Origin: Dehalococcoidales bacterium
GTDB taxonomy: Bacteria > Chloroflexota > Dehalococcoidia > Dehalococcoidales > UBA3254
Length of the DNA stretch: 42,447 nucleotides
Assembly: GCA_035477965.1 (NCBI GenBank)
Contig: DATIKD010000070.1
Span: forward strand, 1 to 42,447
Reading direction: 5' to 3'
Shown here: one piece after another, positions 1 to 10,358 of the stretch
Layout: each line of letters begins with the position of its first letter
How positions within the stretch are numbered: the first letter of the stretch is position 1
Program-made: the position numbers and the translations under genes
The notes under the pieces: generated by a model
Databases searched by the model: none
What the model saw: the letters and a program-made list of their open reading frames with translations, nothing else
Told to the model about the DNA's origin: nothing

Positions 1-393
1 CCGGCCGGCCGCATCCTGTAATTGATAGACCGTCACAAAAGGTTCAACTACCGCATGCATGTTCTTTTCATCGATTTCAAGTATTTTATTCATCCGTCTT
101 AATTCCAGGATGATGCTGCGCTCTTTAGCCATGTAGGTGGCCACATATTCAAAAGCGCGGGCGGAAGCCTTGAACAAGATGCCGGCCTGATTGCAATACC
201 GGACGATTGCCTGTACTTCAGCAGTGGTAGCGGGCAGAAGGACGGCTGCGGGCGGATTATGCCGTTTATCGCCAAAAGCCAGCTTGTTGCCCCACACCTG
301 GTTGTAGCTCTCCATTATCACCGGGTCCTGCGATAAATTTTCAGGTCCCACTATATCTTCAAAGGTCTTATATTCTTCTCTGGTCAGTTTCAT
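1..393 (-). CDS. FAD-linked (GlcD/PCMH-type) oxidoreductase, N-terminal 131 codons; the gene runs off the left edge
   Basis: Not in the ORF track because no stop lies in the window. My own translation starts at the ATG at 393-391, with GGAG 6 nt upstream: MKLTREEYKTFEDIVGPENLSQDPVIMESYNQVW...PAAVLLPATTAEVQAIVRYCNQAG.... The frame is open to base 1. The layout resembles the N-termini of GlcD-like FAD oxidases. Confidence 0.6.
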   Translation of the reverse strand, partial: MKLTREEYKTFEDIVGPENLSQDPVIMESYNQVWGNKLAFGDKRHNPPAAVLLPATTAEVQAIVRYCNQAGILFKASARAFEYVATYMAKERSIILELRRMNKILEIDEKNMHAVVEPFVTVYQLQDAAGR

Positions 394-428
394 TTTCCAC
401 TCCTTGTAAGCCGTCCATTGACAGCCAG

Positions 429-1706
429 CTACACTGACTGCTGAACGAGTTCGATAATATCCAGGACTTTAATTTTGTCGCCTGTGCCTTTAGCCGCTTC
501 CTGAAAGATATGTTTGCACCACGGGCAGGCGCTGACAATGGCTTCCGCCCCCACTGAATGGGCTTCGCGCAGCCTTTCAGCCCCAGTCCATTTAGCGAAA
601 TCCGGATAGGTGTCAATCACCCCACCTCCCGCCCCGCAGCACCAGGCATATTCGCGGATGCGGTACATTTCGACCAGATTGAGTCCGGGAATGCTTTTTA
701 AAATGTTACGCGGAGGGTCATAAACCCCGAAAGTGCCGCGCCGGTATTTTTTAGGAGGATCGTGCAAATATAACAAACTGCCTTTGGGTTTGTATTCCCG
801 ACCGTTCCAGTGTATCCAGGGTTCTCCCAGACGGCCCAGGTGGCAGGGATCGTGATAGGTAACCTGGATGGGCAGGGATTTCTTTAACTGCAGTTTGCCT
901 TCCGTGATCAATTTTTCCAGGTATTGCGTGATGTGATAAACCTCAATGCCCAGATTTTTCTCTATTTTGTCATAGAGCACTTTATAGGTGGCATAACAGT
1001 CGGCGCAGGGAGTAACCAGAGTTTTAACGCCGGCTGTTCTGAAGGTTTCAGCCTGGTGTTCGGCGAACTTGGTCATCTCCCCGATGTAACCCAGTTCGTA
1101 AGCCCGGCCGCCGCAGCAGGCTTCATCGGCTCCCATGATAGCCAGGTCTACCCCCGCCCGCTGGAGAAGTTCCACTCCCGCCCGGGCGATGGGCCATTGG
1201 GCTTGATCATATGAATAGCGGCAGCCGGCATGATAAAGCACCTCGGCTTTCTCATCGCCCGCTCTTTTTACATTCAGCCCTTCCGCCCAATCACCACGTT
1301 CGGAGCGCGGTTTCATCATCATGTTATCTTCTTTGCGCAGATTGCGCATTAGGGGCTGATGCTGGGGTAGAAGCTGGCCGTCATCTACACACTTGATTCT
1401 CAGTTCCTGCATGTGCTGCAAGGGCTCAATGTCATTGGAGACTTTGCACGAGATATCGCAGGAGCCGTCCATCATACATTTGTAAACTACATCCAGAAAT
1501 GACTCATTAATTTCAAGATGGCCTTTAAGCAGGGAGTACCCCAGGTTAAATTTGCCGCCTGAAGCATAAGAGTGGAATTGGTATCGGGCCACGGAAGGAC
1601 ACCCGTCCATAAAGTCAAAACTCCGGACATTGCGCCAGGGTATGGTTTTGCAGTATGAACACCGGGTACATCTCATCATATCATGTTCATAATTTTCCCA
1701 GTTCAA
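429..1706 (-). CDS. Soluble (Fe-S)-binding protein with two CCG cysteine-rich domains (GlcF/LutA/HdrD-like)
   Basis: 425-aa ORF. N-terminal Cys clusters are CTRCSYCKT...GCP and CMMDGSCDISC. The two CCG motifs are ACCGGRAYELGY and WCCGAGGGV. It lies between two FAD oxidase genes. Confidence 0.85.
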   Translation of the reverse strand: MNWENYEHDMMRCTRCSYCKTIPWRNVRSFDFMDGCPSVARYQFHSYASGGKFNLGYSLLKGHLEINESFLDVVYKCMMDGSCDISCKVSNDIEPLQHMQELRIKCVDDGQLLPQHQPLMRNLRKEDNMMMKPRSERGDWAEGLNVKRAGDEKAEVLYHAGCRYSYDQAQWPIARAGVELLQRAGVDLAIMGADEACCGGRAYELGYIGEMTKFAEHQAETFRTAGVKTLVTPCADCYATYKVLYDKIEKNLGIEVYHITQYLEKLITEGKLQLKKSLPIQVTYHDPCHLGRLGEPWIHWNGREYKPKGSLLYLHDPPKKYRRGTFGVYDPPRNILKSIPGLNLVEMYRIREYAWCCGAGGGVIDTYPDFAKWTGAERLREAHSVGAEAIVSACPWCKHIFQEAAKGTGDKIKVLDIIELVQQSV

Positions 1707-1797
1707 CAGTTAGCCTCCTTAATTGACAAGTAATTCCAAAAATAAGTTAGGGTTAGATGAGCGTTTTTAAAAATAGGCCTGTGCGGCTCGCTCTCCT

Positions 1798-3264
1798 TTA
1801 GAAACATAATTTACCCGGATTCAAAATACCGTTCGGATCGAATATGGCTTTGACCTGCTTCTGCATCTGGGCGGTATCCCCGGAGCGGCGGTAAGCCGCA
1901 GATGTCATGCCTGCATAGGGCCGGGAGAAGAAAGCGCCCCGGGCTTCCAGTGCATCGATCAGAATGTGCATAAATTCGCGGGTTTTTTCAGTCTCCTGCT
2001 TATCCGCCGGATTATAGAAAAGGTCAAATTCACAATGGCAACTGGTGCCCTGGGCGACCGGCTGGAGATAAGTTCCAACATCCGCCAGAGGATATCCAAA
2101 GCGGCGGGCTGTTTCAGCCAGAATGCCGGCCATTTCCGGAGTTCTGCCCTGAGTGGTCAGGAAAAAGACTTCAGCCAGATTGCCTCGATAGCGTGTTTTC
2201 CAATACGGTTCAGAGGAAGGAACGGCCAGTTGAGATGCCATTTCAGCCGCGCTGAGAGTTCCCAATTCCGTCTCTACACTTAAGCCGAAGGATGAGGCCA
2301 GTTCTTTTAAATCTGCCTCCAGGTATTGGACTTTCTCCGCAGGCAGAGGGCCGTAGCCTTCACAACTGACAAACATTATCCAGGGGGGCAACTGGCGGCT
2401 CAGGCGGCTGATTTCAGAAGGAGAGTGGCGCAGCAGCGCCGCCAGATTCAATCCGTTCAGGATGAAAATACTGCCGGTGAAACGAATGCGGGTCAATTTA
2501 TAGCTTAATTCAATCAAGGGTTCCAGCCGGGCGTTAGGAACGAAGAAAGCGCGGCTGAAGTCTGATAAAAAGCGGGTTTTGAGTGACATCCAGGTCACAA
2601 TCCCGATAGTTCCCTGAGCACCCGAAACCAGCCGCTGGGGGTCCATCTGGGTGGGGCCGAAGGGGCTCATCTGGGCTTTTCCGATTTCCCATTGCTGTTC
2701 AAGCGTATCGGGCCCGGCGGCTTCACCGGTACGCATTCTGTCTCCGGTACCAAAAACGATTTCCAGGCAGAGCATGGGGTCGGTACTGTCAAAATGCAGG
2801 CCCGGCATTGTCACGGGCTCTCTCTCCAAAATGCTGGTCAGGACGGATTTAGTGCGGCGGGGAGACAGGGGCAGATAAGCCGACATTCCTGATTTGGCCA
2901 GTTCTGCCTGCAGTTCTCCAAAAGTAACGCCCGGTTCTACGATAACCACCCGGTTGGCGCGGTCAACCCGCAATATTTTGTTCAGGCGGCGCAGGTCCAC
3001 TATCACCGTGCCTTCCCGGTTCGGAAGGGTATCTCCCCTGAAATGCGGCGCTCCGGAGCTAAGGGGTACCAGTGGGACTTGCCTGCGGTTGGCCAATTCG
3101 ACTATTTTCTGGACCTCAATCAGACTGGCCGGCCTCACCACACAGGCCGGGTTTTTTCCGGTGGCAAAACTGCAGTCAAAAGCATATTCCTGCAGTAAGT
3201 CCGGGGTGTCCAGAACATTTTCTTTTCCGGTAATCAGTTCAAGTTCATTTTTGATCAATTTCAA
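1798..3264 (-). CDS. FAD-linked oxidase (GlcD / D-lactate dehydrogenase-like)
   Basis: 488-aa ORF. It has a PCMH-type FAD-binding N-terminal half (VVRPASLIEVQKIVELA...VPLSSG) and ends in ...FDPNGILNPGK, typical of the GlcD family. Confidence 0.85.
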   Translation of the reverse strand: MKLIKNELELITGKENVLDTPDLLQEYAFDCSFATGKNPACVVRPASLIEVQKIVELANRRQVPLVPLSSGAPHFRGDTLPNREGTVIVDLRRLNKILRVDRANRVVIVEPGVTFGELQAELAKSGMSAYLPLSPRRTKSVLTSILEREPVTMPGLHFDSTDPMLCLEIVFGTGDRMRTGEAAGPDTLEQQWEIGKAQMSPFGPTQMDPQRLVSGAQGTIGIVTWMSLKTRFLSDFSRAFFVPNARLEPLIELSYKLTRIRFTGSIFILNGLNLAALLRHSPSEISRLSRQLPPWIMFVSCEGYGPLPAEKVQYLEADLKELASSFGLSVETELGTLSAAEMASQLAVPSSEPYWKTRYRGNLAEVFFLTTQGRTPEMAGILAETARRFGYPLADVGTYLQPVAQGTSCHCEFDLFYNPADKQETEKTREFMHILIDALEARGAFFSRPYAGMTSAAYRRSGDTAQMQKQVKAIFDPNGILNPGKLCF

Positions 3265-3331
3265 CCTCCTTCAATCAGGGACAGGATAATCAGTTACGGA
3301 GCAGGCGTTATAGTTTGTTTGTAAACAGGGA

Positions 3332-4333
3332 TCAGGTTTTGTTGACAGCCTTCTTTAAAGCAGCCGATAAGAGCGGCGCCACTATCTTCCAGTCGCCCTT
3401 AATCCCGTAATGGGCTGCCCTGAAAATATTGGCCTCCGGGTCTTTATTGATAGCCACTACCATTTTGGCTCCGGAGAACCCGCTCAAATGCTGGCTGGCG
3501 CCGGAGATACCGATTGCCAGATACAGGTCCGGGCTGACAATTTTGCCGGTTAAACCGATTTGCCGGGTATCTGCAATCCACCCTCTATCACAGGGTGGGC
3601 GGGTGGCGCCGACAGCCCCGTTTAATATACCTGCCAGTTCTTCCAGTTGTTTAAAACCCTCGGCGCTGCCAATGCCGCGGCCGCCAGCCACCACTACACG
3701 GGCATCCTCCAGTTTCACGCCTGTTGCCGGTTCAACCCGGTGTTCCACCAGGCGAGTTTTACAGTCTTCCGGACTGAAGGCATAATCGATTTGCACGACC
3801 TTGCCCTGCCGTGAACTCTCAGGCGAGGCCGGGACGAAGGATTTTCGGCGCAGAGCGGCTATTTGCGGATTGGTTGAACAGACCTGGACTGCCTGAGCAT
3901 TGCCGCCATAAACCGGACGCGTCATGAGAAGGCGCCGGCTGGCCGGGTCAATCTCCAGCGCGGTACAATCCATGGCGGCACTCGTGTTAAACCTGAAGGC
4001 CAAACCGGGTGCCAGGTCTTTTCCGGCTGCAGTTTGACTCAGCAAAACAATTTCCGGTCCGGTATGTATGACTGCTTTCTCAAGTGCCGCCAGATATAAT
4101 TCGGCCGAATAATCTTTTAAAGATGAGTTTTCTACCCGATAGACCAGATCAACTCCCAGAGAAACCGCCTCTTGCGCAGCCGGCTGCAATTCACTGCCGA
4201 TCAGAACGGCTGCCAGTTCGTGCCCGGATGCCTTCGCTAAGCTCCGGCCGGCTCCCAGCAATTCATAAGTGGAGGGAGAAAGACGGCCTCCGGTAGTTTC
4301 GCCAAAAACCAGGATTGTTTTATTTTCTGTCAT
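3332..4333 (-). CDS. etfA: Electron transfer flavoprotein alpha subunit
   Basis: 333 aa. It carries the classic C-terminal ETF-alpha FAD motif ...PDLYLAIGISGASQHLSGFSGAKMVVAINKDPEANIF. Confidence 0.92.
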   Translation of the reverse strand: MTENKTILVFGETTGGRLSPSTYELLGAGRSLAKASGHELAAVLIGSELQPAAQEAVSLGVDLVYRVENSSLKDYSAELYLAALEKAVIHTGPEIVLLSQTAAGKDLAPGLAFRFNTSAAMDCTALEIDPASRRLLMTRPVYGGNAQAVQVCSTNPQIAALRRKSFVPASPESSRQGKVVQIDYAFSPEDCKTRLVEHRVEPATGVKLEDARVVVAGGRGIGSAEGFKQLEELAGILNGAVGATRPPCDRGWIADTRQIGLTGKIVSPDLYLAIGISGASQHLSGFSGAKMVVAINKDPEANIFRAAHYGIKGDWKIVAPLLSAALKKAVNKT

Positions 4334-4373
4334 ACCAGTAACTCCCCTTGATCAAGTAAATGGTTATTTAAGT

Positions 4374-5165
4374 TCAAAAGACCCCAGCATCCTTCATTTT
4401 TCCCACCAACTGCAGGGTTTGTTCGGCCGGGCCGGCACCTTCCAGCATTTCGCATTTGATGTTATGGGCGGTCTGTTCCATTTTCAGGAAGGCGGCAGGA
4501 CCTGACCGGCTTTTATCCATCCCAATCTGCTGAGCGTTCCAGACAGTGAGCGGTTTTTTATTGGCGGACATAAAGGCTTCTACTCCCGGTTCTCGTAAAG
4601 TACCTGCTTCGTAACTGGTGGTAACTACTGCCGGCAGCGCCGAATCAATCACATCAAAACCATCCGGCATGATTTTTTCGACCCTGATACGGTCTCCGTT
4701 CAACTCCACTTTGCGGGCACAGGTGATACAGGGAATACCCAGCAGGCAGGCGATTCCGGTCCCCACCTGTCCGGCATTAGTGTCTGCCGCCTGTATTCCG
4801 CACAATATAAGGTCAAAGGCTCCAATTTTGCGGATGGCGGCTGCCAGAGACGCAGCCGTCAGACAACTATCAAAATCACTAAAAATTTCATCCTCCAACA
4901 GAAATAACTGGTCGGCACCGGCTGCCAGAGGGGCTTTAACTACCGTGCGCACCAGTTTTTTACCCAGACTGATAACCGAAACAGTGGCCGGCTGAGTGTC
5001 CTTGATTTTCAAGGCGGCTTCCAGTGCATTTTCATCGAATGGGCTTAATACCGGCGGAGTGGCTTTGGGCAGCACGGCCTGTTTGGCTGCTGCATCAATT
5101 TTAAACAATGAGAGCGGCGCCTCCGGGTCCAGGACTTGCTTCATACATACCATGATATTTTTCAT
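4374..5165 (-). CDS. etfB: Electron transfer flavoprotein beta subunit
   Basis: 263 aa. The N-terminus MKNIMVCMKQVLDPEAP...SPFDENALEAALKIKD is typical of EtfB. It sits directly upstream of etfA. Confidence 0.92.
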   Translation of the reverse strand: MKNIMVCMKQVLDPEAPLSLFKIDAAAKQAVLPKATPPVLSPFDENALEAALKIKDTQPATVSVISLGKKLVRTVVKAPLAAGADQLFLLEDEIFSDFDSCLTAASLAAAIRKIGAFDLILCGIQAADTNAGQVGTGIACLLGIPCITCARKVELNGDRIRVEKIMPDGFDVIDSALPAVVTTSYEAGTLREPGVEAFMSANKKPLTVWNAQQIGMDKSRSGPAAFLKMEQTAHNIKCEMLEGAGPAEQTLQLVGKMKDAGVF

Positions 5166-5180
5166 TTAGTTCTCCCTGGT

Positions 5181-7304
5181 TCATCCATTTATATTGGAAC
5201 CCGCCGTTTCAGGCCTTTTAACAGAGGTCTCGAGTGAGGCGGCGGCCAGTTCGGCGATATCCATGACGGGCAGTATACTCTCGCCTTCTGCGGCCCTGGC
5301 GGCATCTTCAAACATCTGAAGGCAGAAAGGACAGGCGGTGACTAAGGCTTCAGCTCGTGTTTCGTTAGCCTGCTTTAAACGCATCTCACTGATTCTTTGG
5401 CCGGTTTTTTCTTCCAGCCACATCCGGCCGCCGCCTCCGCCGCAGCAGAAGGCGTTATTCTGGTTTTGGGCCATCTCAACTGTCTCGATGCCGGGAATGT
5501 TTTGCAGTATTTGACGGGGTGAGTCAAAAATATCGTTAAAGCGGCCCAGGTAACAGGGGTCCTGGTAGCTGACGATCTTCCGGATATTTCCGTTGAGCCG
5601 GATTTGTTCATTCTTTATCAAACCTGCCAGAAATTGGGTATGATGAACTACTTCAAACCGCCCCCCCAGTTGCGGGTATTCATTTTTCAGGGTGTTGTAA
5701 CAGTGCGGGCAGGCAGTGACTATTTTCTTGATATTATAACCCTGCAGAAGCTGGATATTGTTCAGGGCCAGCATCTGGTAAATATGTTCTGCTCCGAACC
5801 GCCTGGCAGGATCACCGCAGCACATCTCTTCTTCGCCCAGAATACCAAAATTGACTCCCGCTTCCTGCATCAGTCTGGCAACGGCCCGGGCTATCTTCAG
5901 ACTGCGGTCTTCCAGTGCTTCGGTACATCCCACCCAGAAAAGAACATCAATATTGCGGTCTTCACCGGCTATCTTTATACCCATCCCTTCTGCCCAGTCA
6001 GTGCGGGCATTTATTGTACCCCGCCAGGGATTACCCCTGACTCGTAAATTTTTTAGAACATCACGGGCAGTCTCGGTGGTCTGAATCATCTGCAGGTGGC
6101 GGCGGAAATCAATAATTTTATCAATATGTTCTATGCTGACCGGGCAGGTTTCCTGGCAAGCCCGGCAGGTGGTGCAGGACCAGATGGCCTCTTCACTGAT
6201 GACGCTGCCGGTTAGTGGTTTCTGGGCGGCATCCGTCTGAAGGCCTTTTTCACCGTCAACCGGTACAGCGCTAACCGTAGAAAGACTGTTTTTAAAAAGA
6301 GCCGGGCCGGATTTAAAAAGGTGTTCTCTGAGGTCTAAAACAAGTTCTCTGGGGGATAGCTCTTTACCGCTCAGCCTGGCCGGACAAACCATGTGGCAGT
6401 GTCCGCACCAGGTACAGGCGCCCAGGTCAAGGAGTTGTTTCCAGGTGAAGTCCTGCACACGGGACACTCCAATTGTCTCGGGTTTGTTCAGATCAACCGG
6501 CCTGAGCGACCCTTTCGGCTCCAGACTTTGAAAAGCCAGATTGAAAAAGGAAGCCAGCGGGTGCAGGTGTTTGGAGCGCGGAGCATAAATCAGGACTCCC
6601 AGCAGAAGTAAATAGTTTACCCACCAGAGACTGGTGAATAAGGTCTCCAAACTGGTCAGGGTGATGGCGGAACCGGCAAACCAACCGGCCAGGGCGCTCC
6701 CAACCGGCGGCCAGTCGCCAGGAGCGGCATAAAGGGCATATCCGGTGCCTGCTATTAAGTAATGCAACACCATCAGTACCAGAATGACTGTCAAGAGCAA
6801 GGCCTGAGTGATTTTTTCCTCAGCGTTTTGGGGCCGGGCCAGCCTCTCCGGCCTGATTATATAACGTTTTATGATCACCCACAGGATAGATATGATAACC
6901 AGGAACGCCGCCAGATCCAGGATCGAAAAACTGACTCGTTCAAAAGTACTGCCGTTATACACTGAGAACAGTCCCATTCCGGCTCCCAGGCCGATGAAAA
7001 TAACGTAGGCCAGGCTGAATAGTATCAGTCCCCAGAACATTAACGTATGTCCCAGAGCGGCGGGGTCTTTAAAAGTCAGGCTTTTCAGGTTGCCGGATTG
7101 GGTTAATATTAGAGACAGAGCCCTTTTCAGGCGGTAAAACAGACGGTCAAAGCGGTTTTCCGGACGCCCTTTTTTGATCAGACAGATATTAAAATAAACC
7201 CGTTGAACAAAGAGGGTCAGCGCGACAGCAAATAAAAACCAGAATAGAATGAATCCCGAAATACCCGGATAACCGCTGGTCAGAATTGACATAATGTATT
7301 CCAA
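5181..7304 (-). CDS. Membrane-anchored Fe-S oxidoreductase (DsrMK/HdrD/GlpC-like) associated with EtfAB
   Basis: 707 aa. The first ~260 aa are hydrophobic, with about 6 TM helices by eye. Two ferredoxin motifs follow (CTWCGHCHMVCP, CTTCRACQETCP), then two CCG domains (MCCGDPARRFG, FCCGGGGGRMW). Confidence 0.85.
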   Translation of the reverse strand: MEYIMSILTSGYPGISGFILFWFLFAVALTLFVQRVYFNICLIKKGRPENRFDRLFYRLKRALSLILTQSGNLKSLTFKDPAALGHTLMFWGLILFSLAYVIFIGLGAGMGLFSVYNGSTFERVSFSILDLAAFLVIISILWVIIKRYIIRPERLARPQNAEEKITQALLLTVILVLMVLHYLIAGTGYALYAAPGDWPPVGSALAGWFAGSAITLTSLETLFTSLWWVNYLLLLGVLIYAPRSKHLHPLASFFNLAFQSLEPKGSLRPVDLNKPETIGVSRVQDFTWKQLLDLGACTWCGHCHMVCPARLSGKELSPRELVLDLREHLFKSGPALFKNSLSTVSAVPVDGEKGLQTDAAQKPLTGSVISEEAIWSCTTCRACQETCPVSIEHIDKIIDFRRHLQMIQTTETARDVLKNLRVRGNPWRGTINARTDWAEGMGIKIAGEDRNIDVLFWVGCTEALEDRSLKIARAVARLMQEAGVNFGILGEEEMCCGDPARRFGAEHIYQMLALNNIQLLQGYNIKKIVTACPHCYNTLKNEYPQLGGRFEVVHHTQFLAGLIKNEQIRLNGNIRKIVSYQDPCYLGRFNDIFDSPRQILQNIPGIETVEMAQNQNNAFCCGGGGGRMWLEEKTGQRISEMRLKQANETRAEALVTACPFCLQMFEDAARAAEGESILPVMDIAELAAASLETSVKRPETAGSNING

Positions 7305-7394
7305 TCCGGACTTATCAGCGGCTCAAAAGACTGAGCTAACAGACAATTCGATATTTATCTGAGCTGATTGTCCAGTACTTATTCAAATTGTTAA

Positions 7395-8243
7395 CTAAAA
7401 AGTTTTAGCAATATTGGCTGATACTTGTTTGGCGGCTTCTTTTACTTCATGCAAGAATTCCGGCATTTTCGGTCGGATACGGCTTTCGGGGCCGATAATG
7501 CTTACAGCGGCCGGCTGGACATAGTTCAAAACCGGGGCTGAAATACAGATACAGCCGCTGATTCTTTCTCCATATGAGATGCAGTAACCGGCTCGCCGGG
7601 TTTTAAAAACTTCTGCTTGCAGAGTTTTTTCCGTAACCATCTGTCCGGTGGGATATTTGAGGTCCATGAACTGCATGGCGTTTTTCAGTTCATCATCGGT
7701 CAACTGTGACAGCAGGACTTTGGAGGATGCTCCGGCGGGAACATGTCCGGTCTTGCGAGTCACCTCTGCCACACGCAGATCAAATCTGGCGGGGATTTCC
7801 CGCAGGTTGATGTATTGAATACCGAGTAAAATATTGATAAAAACAGTTTCACCTGTGACATCGCTCAAATGACTCATGGCCTGGAACCCGCAGGTTATCA
7901 GGTGTTCGTGGGTAGTATATGGATTGGCCACTATTCTGGAAATAGAGTGCCCCAGATAGTACTGACGTTTTATCGGGTCCTGAATCGCCAGATTGGAATC
8001 TACCATGGCTTTCAGTATTCTGTGCACCGTGGCTTTATTAATCTGACAAATGCGGGCGATTTCGGTTATATTATATACCCCGTGACTGAGGCAGGTTAAA
8101 ACGTTGGCGGCATAAAAAATGGACTTTACAGCCGCCGGTTCGCCTTCCATTTTAACCAGTAAATCATTCATATCCATGCTGGTCAGAGGATTATTGGTAT
8201 CTTTTCTCCAGGAAATGGGAACATCTCTATCATATGGAGTCAT
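7395..8243 (-). CDS. IclR-family transcriptional regulator
   Basis: 282 aa. It has an N-terminal wHTH (ITEIARICQINKATVHRILKAMV) and a C-terminal IclR effector-domain-like region. AGGAG lies upstream of the ATG. Confidence 0.85.
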   Translation of the reverse strand: MTPYDRDVPISWRKDTNNPLTSMDMNDLLVKMEGEPAAVKSIFYAANVLTCLSHGVYNITEIARICQINKATVHRILKAMVDSNLAIQDPIKRQYYLGHSISRIVANPYTTHEHLITCGFQAMSHLSDVTGETVFINILLGIQYINLREIPARFDLRVAEVTRKTGHVPAGASSKVLLSQLTDDELKNAMQFMDLKYPTGQMVTEKTLQAEVFKTRRAGYCISYGERISGCICISAPVLNYVQPAAVSIIGPESRIRPKMPEFLHEVKEAAKQVSANIAKTF

Positions 8244-8347
8244 CCCGGTTCTCCTTTTTTTATTGACTGCCCGAAGGCAGCCGGGAGTTCTCGCTATTTT
8301 TGATATTGCAGAATATTTTAAATAATTCCAGTCAGTATAAACAGAAA

Positions 8348-9259
8348 CTAAATGACACCTCTTAGTCTGGGATCCAGCGCATCTCTGAGACCATCGCCCA
8401 TCATGTTAAAGCCGAAAACCACCAGCATTATAGCGATACCCGGTCCGAGACATAATTCGGGGTTGGTCAGCAGGAATTTATAGCCTTCATTAACCATACT
8501 GCCCCAGGCGGGTGTGGGGGGATTGATGCCGACTCCCAGGAAGCTGAGACCGGCCTCAGCCAGGATGGTGGAACCTAACCCGACGGTGAGCATAACCAGC
8601 AGGGGTTGAAAAGAGTTGGGCAGGATATGCCGGATCATGGTCCGCAGATTACTCATGCCGATGGACCGCGCTGCCAGAATATAATCATTTTGTTTAACTG
8701 CGGTAGCCACACCGCACATCATGCGGGCCGGCGCAGCAATAAAGCCAATACAAAGAGCAATTATTACGTTTCTCATACCGCCGCCCAGCAGCGAGGCGAT
8801 CAGCAACGCCAGTAAAAGCATGGGAAAAGCCATCAGCGCGTCCACAAAGCGCATGATGATCTGGTAGGTGAAGCCGCCAAAAAAAGCCGCAATCAGCCCC
8901 AGAGTGATGCCTACCAAAGTGGAAATAGAGACGGCAATAATCGCAATTATGAGTGAAATTCTTGAACCGTAAATCACCCGGCTCAACGTATCTCTGCCCA
9001 CTGAATCTGTGCCAAGCCAGTGGGTCAGGCTGGGTGATTGCAGTTTATTGGGCAAATTCAATTTGTAGGGGTCGTAAGGAGCCAGCAGCGGCGCAAAAAT
9101 TGCGGTAATGATGAATACCAGAATGATGATCATGCCGATCACAGGAAGAGGCCGGCCAAAAAATACAGAGAAGAAGCGTTTTGCCTCGCTGTATCTGGGT
9201 GGAGCCTGTGAAGCATCAATTTCGCCGACCGCTGGTACAGGTCCAGAGCTTTTACTCAT
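8348..9259 (-). CDS. ABC transporter permease (DppC/OppC-like)
   Basis: 303 aa, multi-TM, with an EAA-type loop (ILAARSIGMSNLRTMIRHILPN). Confidence 0.9.
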   Translation of the reverse strand: MSKSSGPVPAVGEIDASQAPPRYSEAKRFFSVFFGRPLPVIGMIIILVFIITAIFAPLLAPYDPYKLNLPNKLQSPSLTHWLGTDSVGRDTLSRVIYGSRISLIIAIIAVSISTLVGITLGLIAAFFGGFTYQIIMRFVDALMAFPMLLLALLIASLLGGGMRNVIIALCIGFIAAPARMMCGVATAVKQNDYILAARSIGMSNLRTMIRHILPNSFQPLLVMLTVGLGSTILAEAGLSFLGVGINPPTPAWGSMVNEGYKFLLTNPELCLGPGIAIMLVVFGFNMMGDGLRDALDPRLRGVI

Positions 9260-9270
9260 TTTCGAACTCC

Positions 9271-10227
9271 TTAGTCGAATCTAATCCTTGGTTCCAACCA
9301 ACCGTAAGAAATATCTACTGTCAGATTGGCCAATACCACTGCAATTCCCAGCAGTAGAACTACAGCCTGAACTACCATAAAATCCTGTTGCAGCATGGAG
9401 GATGCCATCAACCGGCCTATGCCTGGAATATTAAAGATGGTTTCAATCAAGACTGAACCGCCAAAAATCAAGCTAACCTGGAGGCCCATGATGGTAATAA
9501 CCGGAATAAGGGCGTTTTTCAAGGCATGTCTAGTAGTTATCAAGCGTTCACTGAGACCTTTGGCCCAGGCAGTGCGGATGTAGTCCTGCTGAATGACTTC
9601 CAGCATGGAAGAACGCGCCTGGCGGCATTGGGCGGCGATTGTGAAGAGGGACATACAAAATACCGGCATTAACAGTTGCTTGGTACTGAGCCAGAAATCG
9701 GTGAAGGGTGAAGTGTACCCGCCGGTCGGAAACCATCCCAGAGTTAATGAGAAAAGAAAGATCAGGAAAATACCTGCCAGAAAACCGGGCATGGTGATTC
9801 CGATGTTGGCCAGGAAGGTGATTATGGTGTCAATCCATTTGCCTCTTCTCATAGCACAGATCACACCGGCAAATATTCCCAGCGCGTTGCCAAAAATAAA
9901 AGCGGCAATCCCCAGGTGCAGGGTGATCGGGATACGCTGTTTGATTAAGGTACTAACACTGTCATCGTAAAAAATTGAAAGCCCAAAGTCACCCTGAGCC
10001 AGATTACCGACCCAGTTGATATATTGAACCGGCAGAATATCGTTCAGGCCGTATTTTTCGCGCAATTCCCATAACTGCTGTTCGTTCAGGGTGCCTATTT
10101 CCCCTGCGCTTAGATATAATACCAGCGGGTCGCCGGGTAAAAGGCGCATCACCAGGAAAACGATAATAGTAATCAAGATAATAGTGATTAGCCCTAATAA
10201 CAGACGCCGCGTAATATAAGTTGTCAT
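9271..10227 (-). CDS. ABC transporter permease (DppB/OppB-like)
   Basis: 318 aa. The N-terminus MTTYITRRLLLGLITIILITIIVF and the loop YIRTAWAKGLSERLITTRHALKNALIPV are typical of DppB. Confidence 0.9.
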   Translation of the reverse strand: MTTYITRRLLLGLITIILITIIVFLVMRLLPGDPLVLYLSAGEIGTLNEQQLWELREKYGLNDILPVQYINWVGNLAQGDFGLSIFYDDSVSTLIKQRIPITLHLGIAAFIFGNALGIFAGVICAMRRGKWIDTIITFLANIGITMPGFLAGIFLIFLFSLTLGWFPTGGYTSPFTDFWLSTKQLLMPVFCMSLFTIAAQCRQARSSMLEVIQQDYIRTAWAKGLSERLITTRHALKNALIPVITIMGLQVSLIFGGSVLIETIFNIPGIGRLMASSMLQQDFMVVQAVVLLLGIAVVLANLTVDISYGWLEPRIRFD

Positions 10228-10358
10228 CAGATACCTCCGGATAATTCAGTGCTCCGTTGTTTTACGCCATCGGTCATTATCCTGAATCAGCCAGGCCCAT
10301 CCATAAAATAATGGTGGCGATGATGAACCAGTGGTAAGATTTATCCAGTCTTTTCAGT

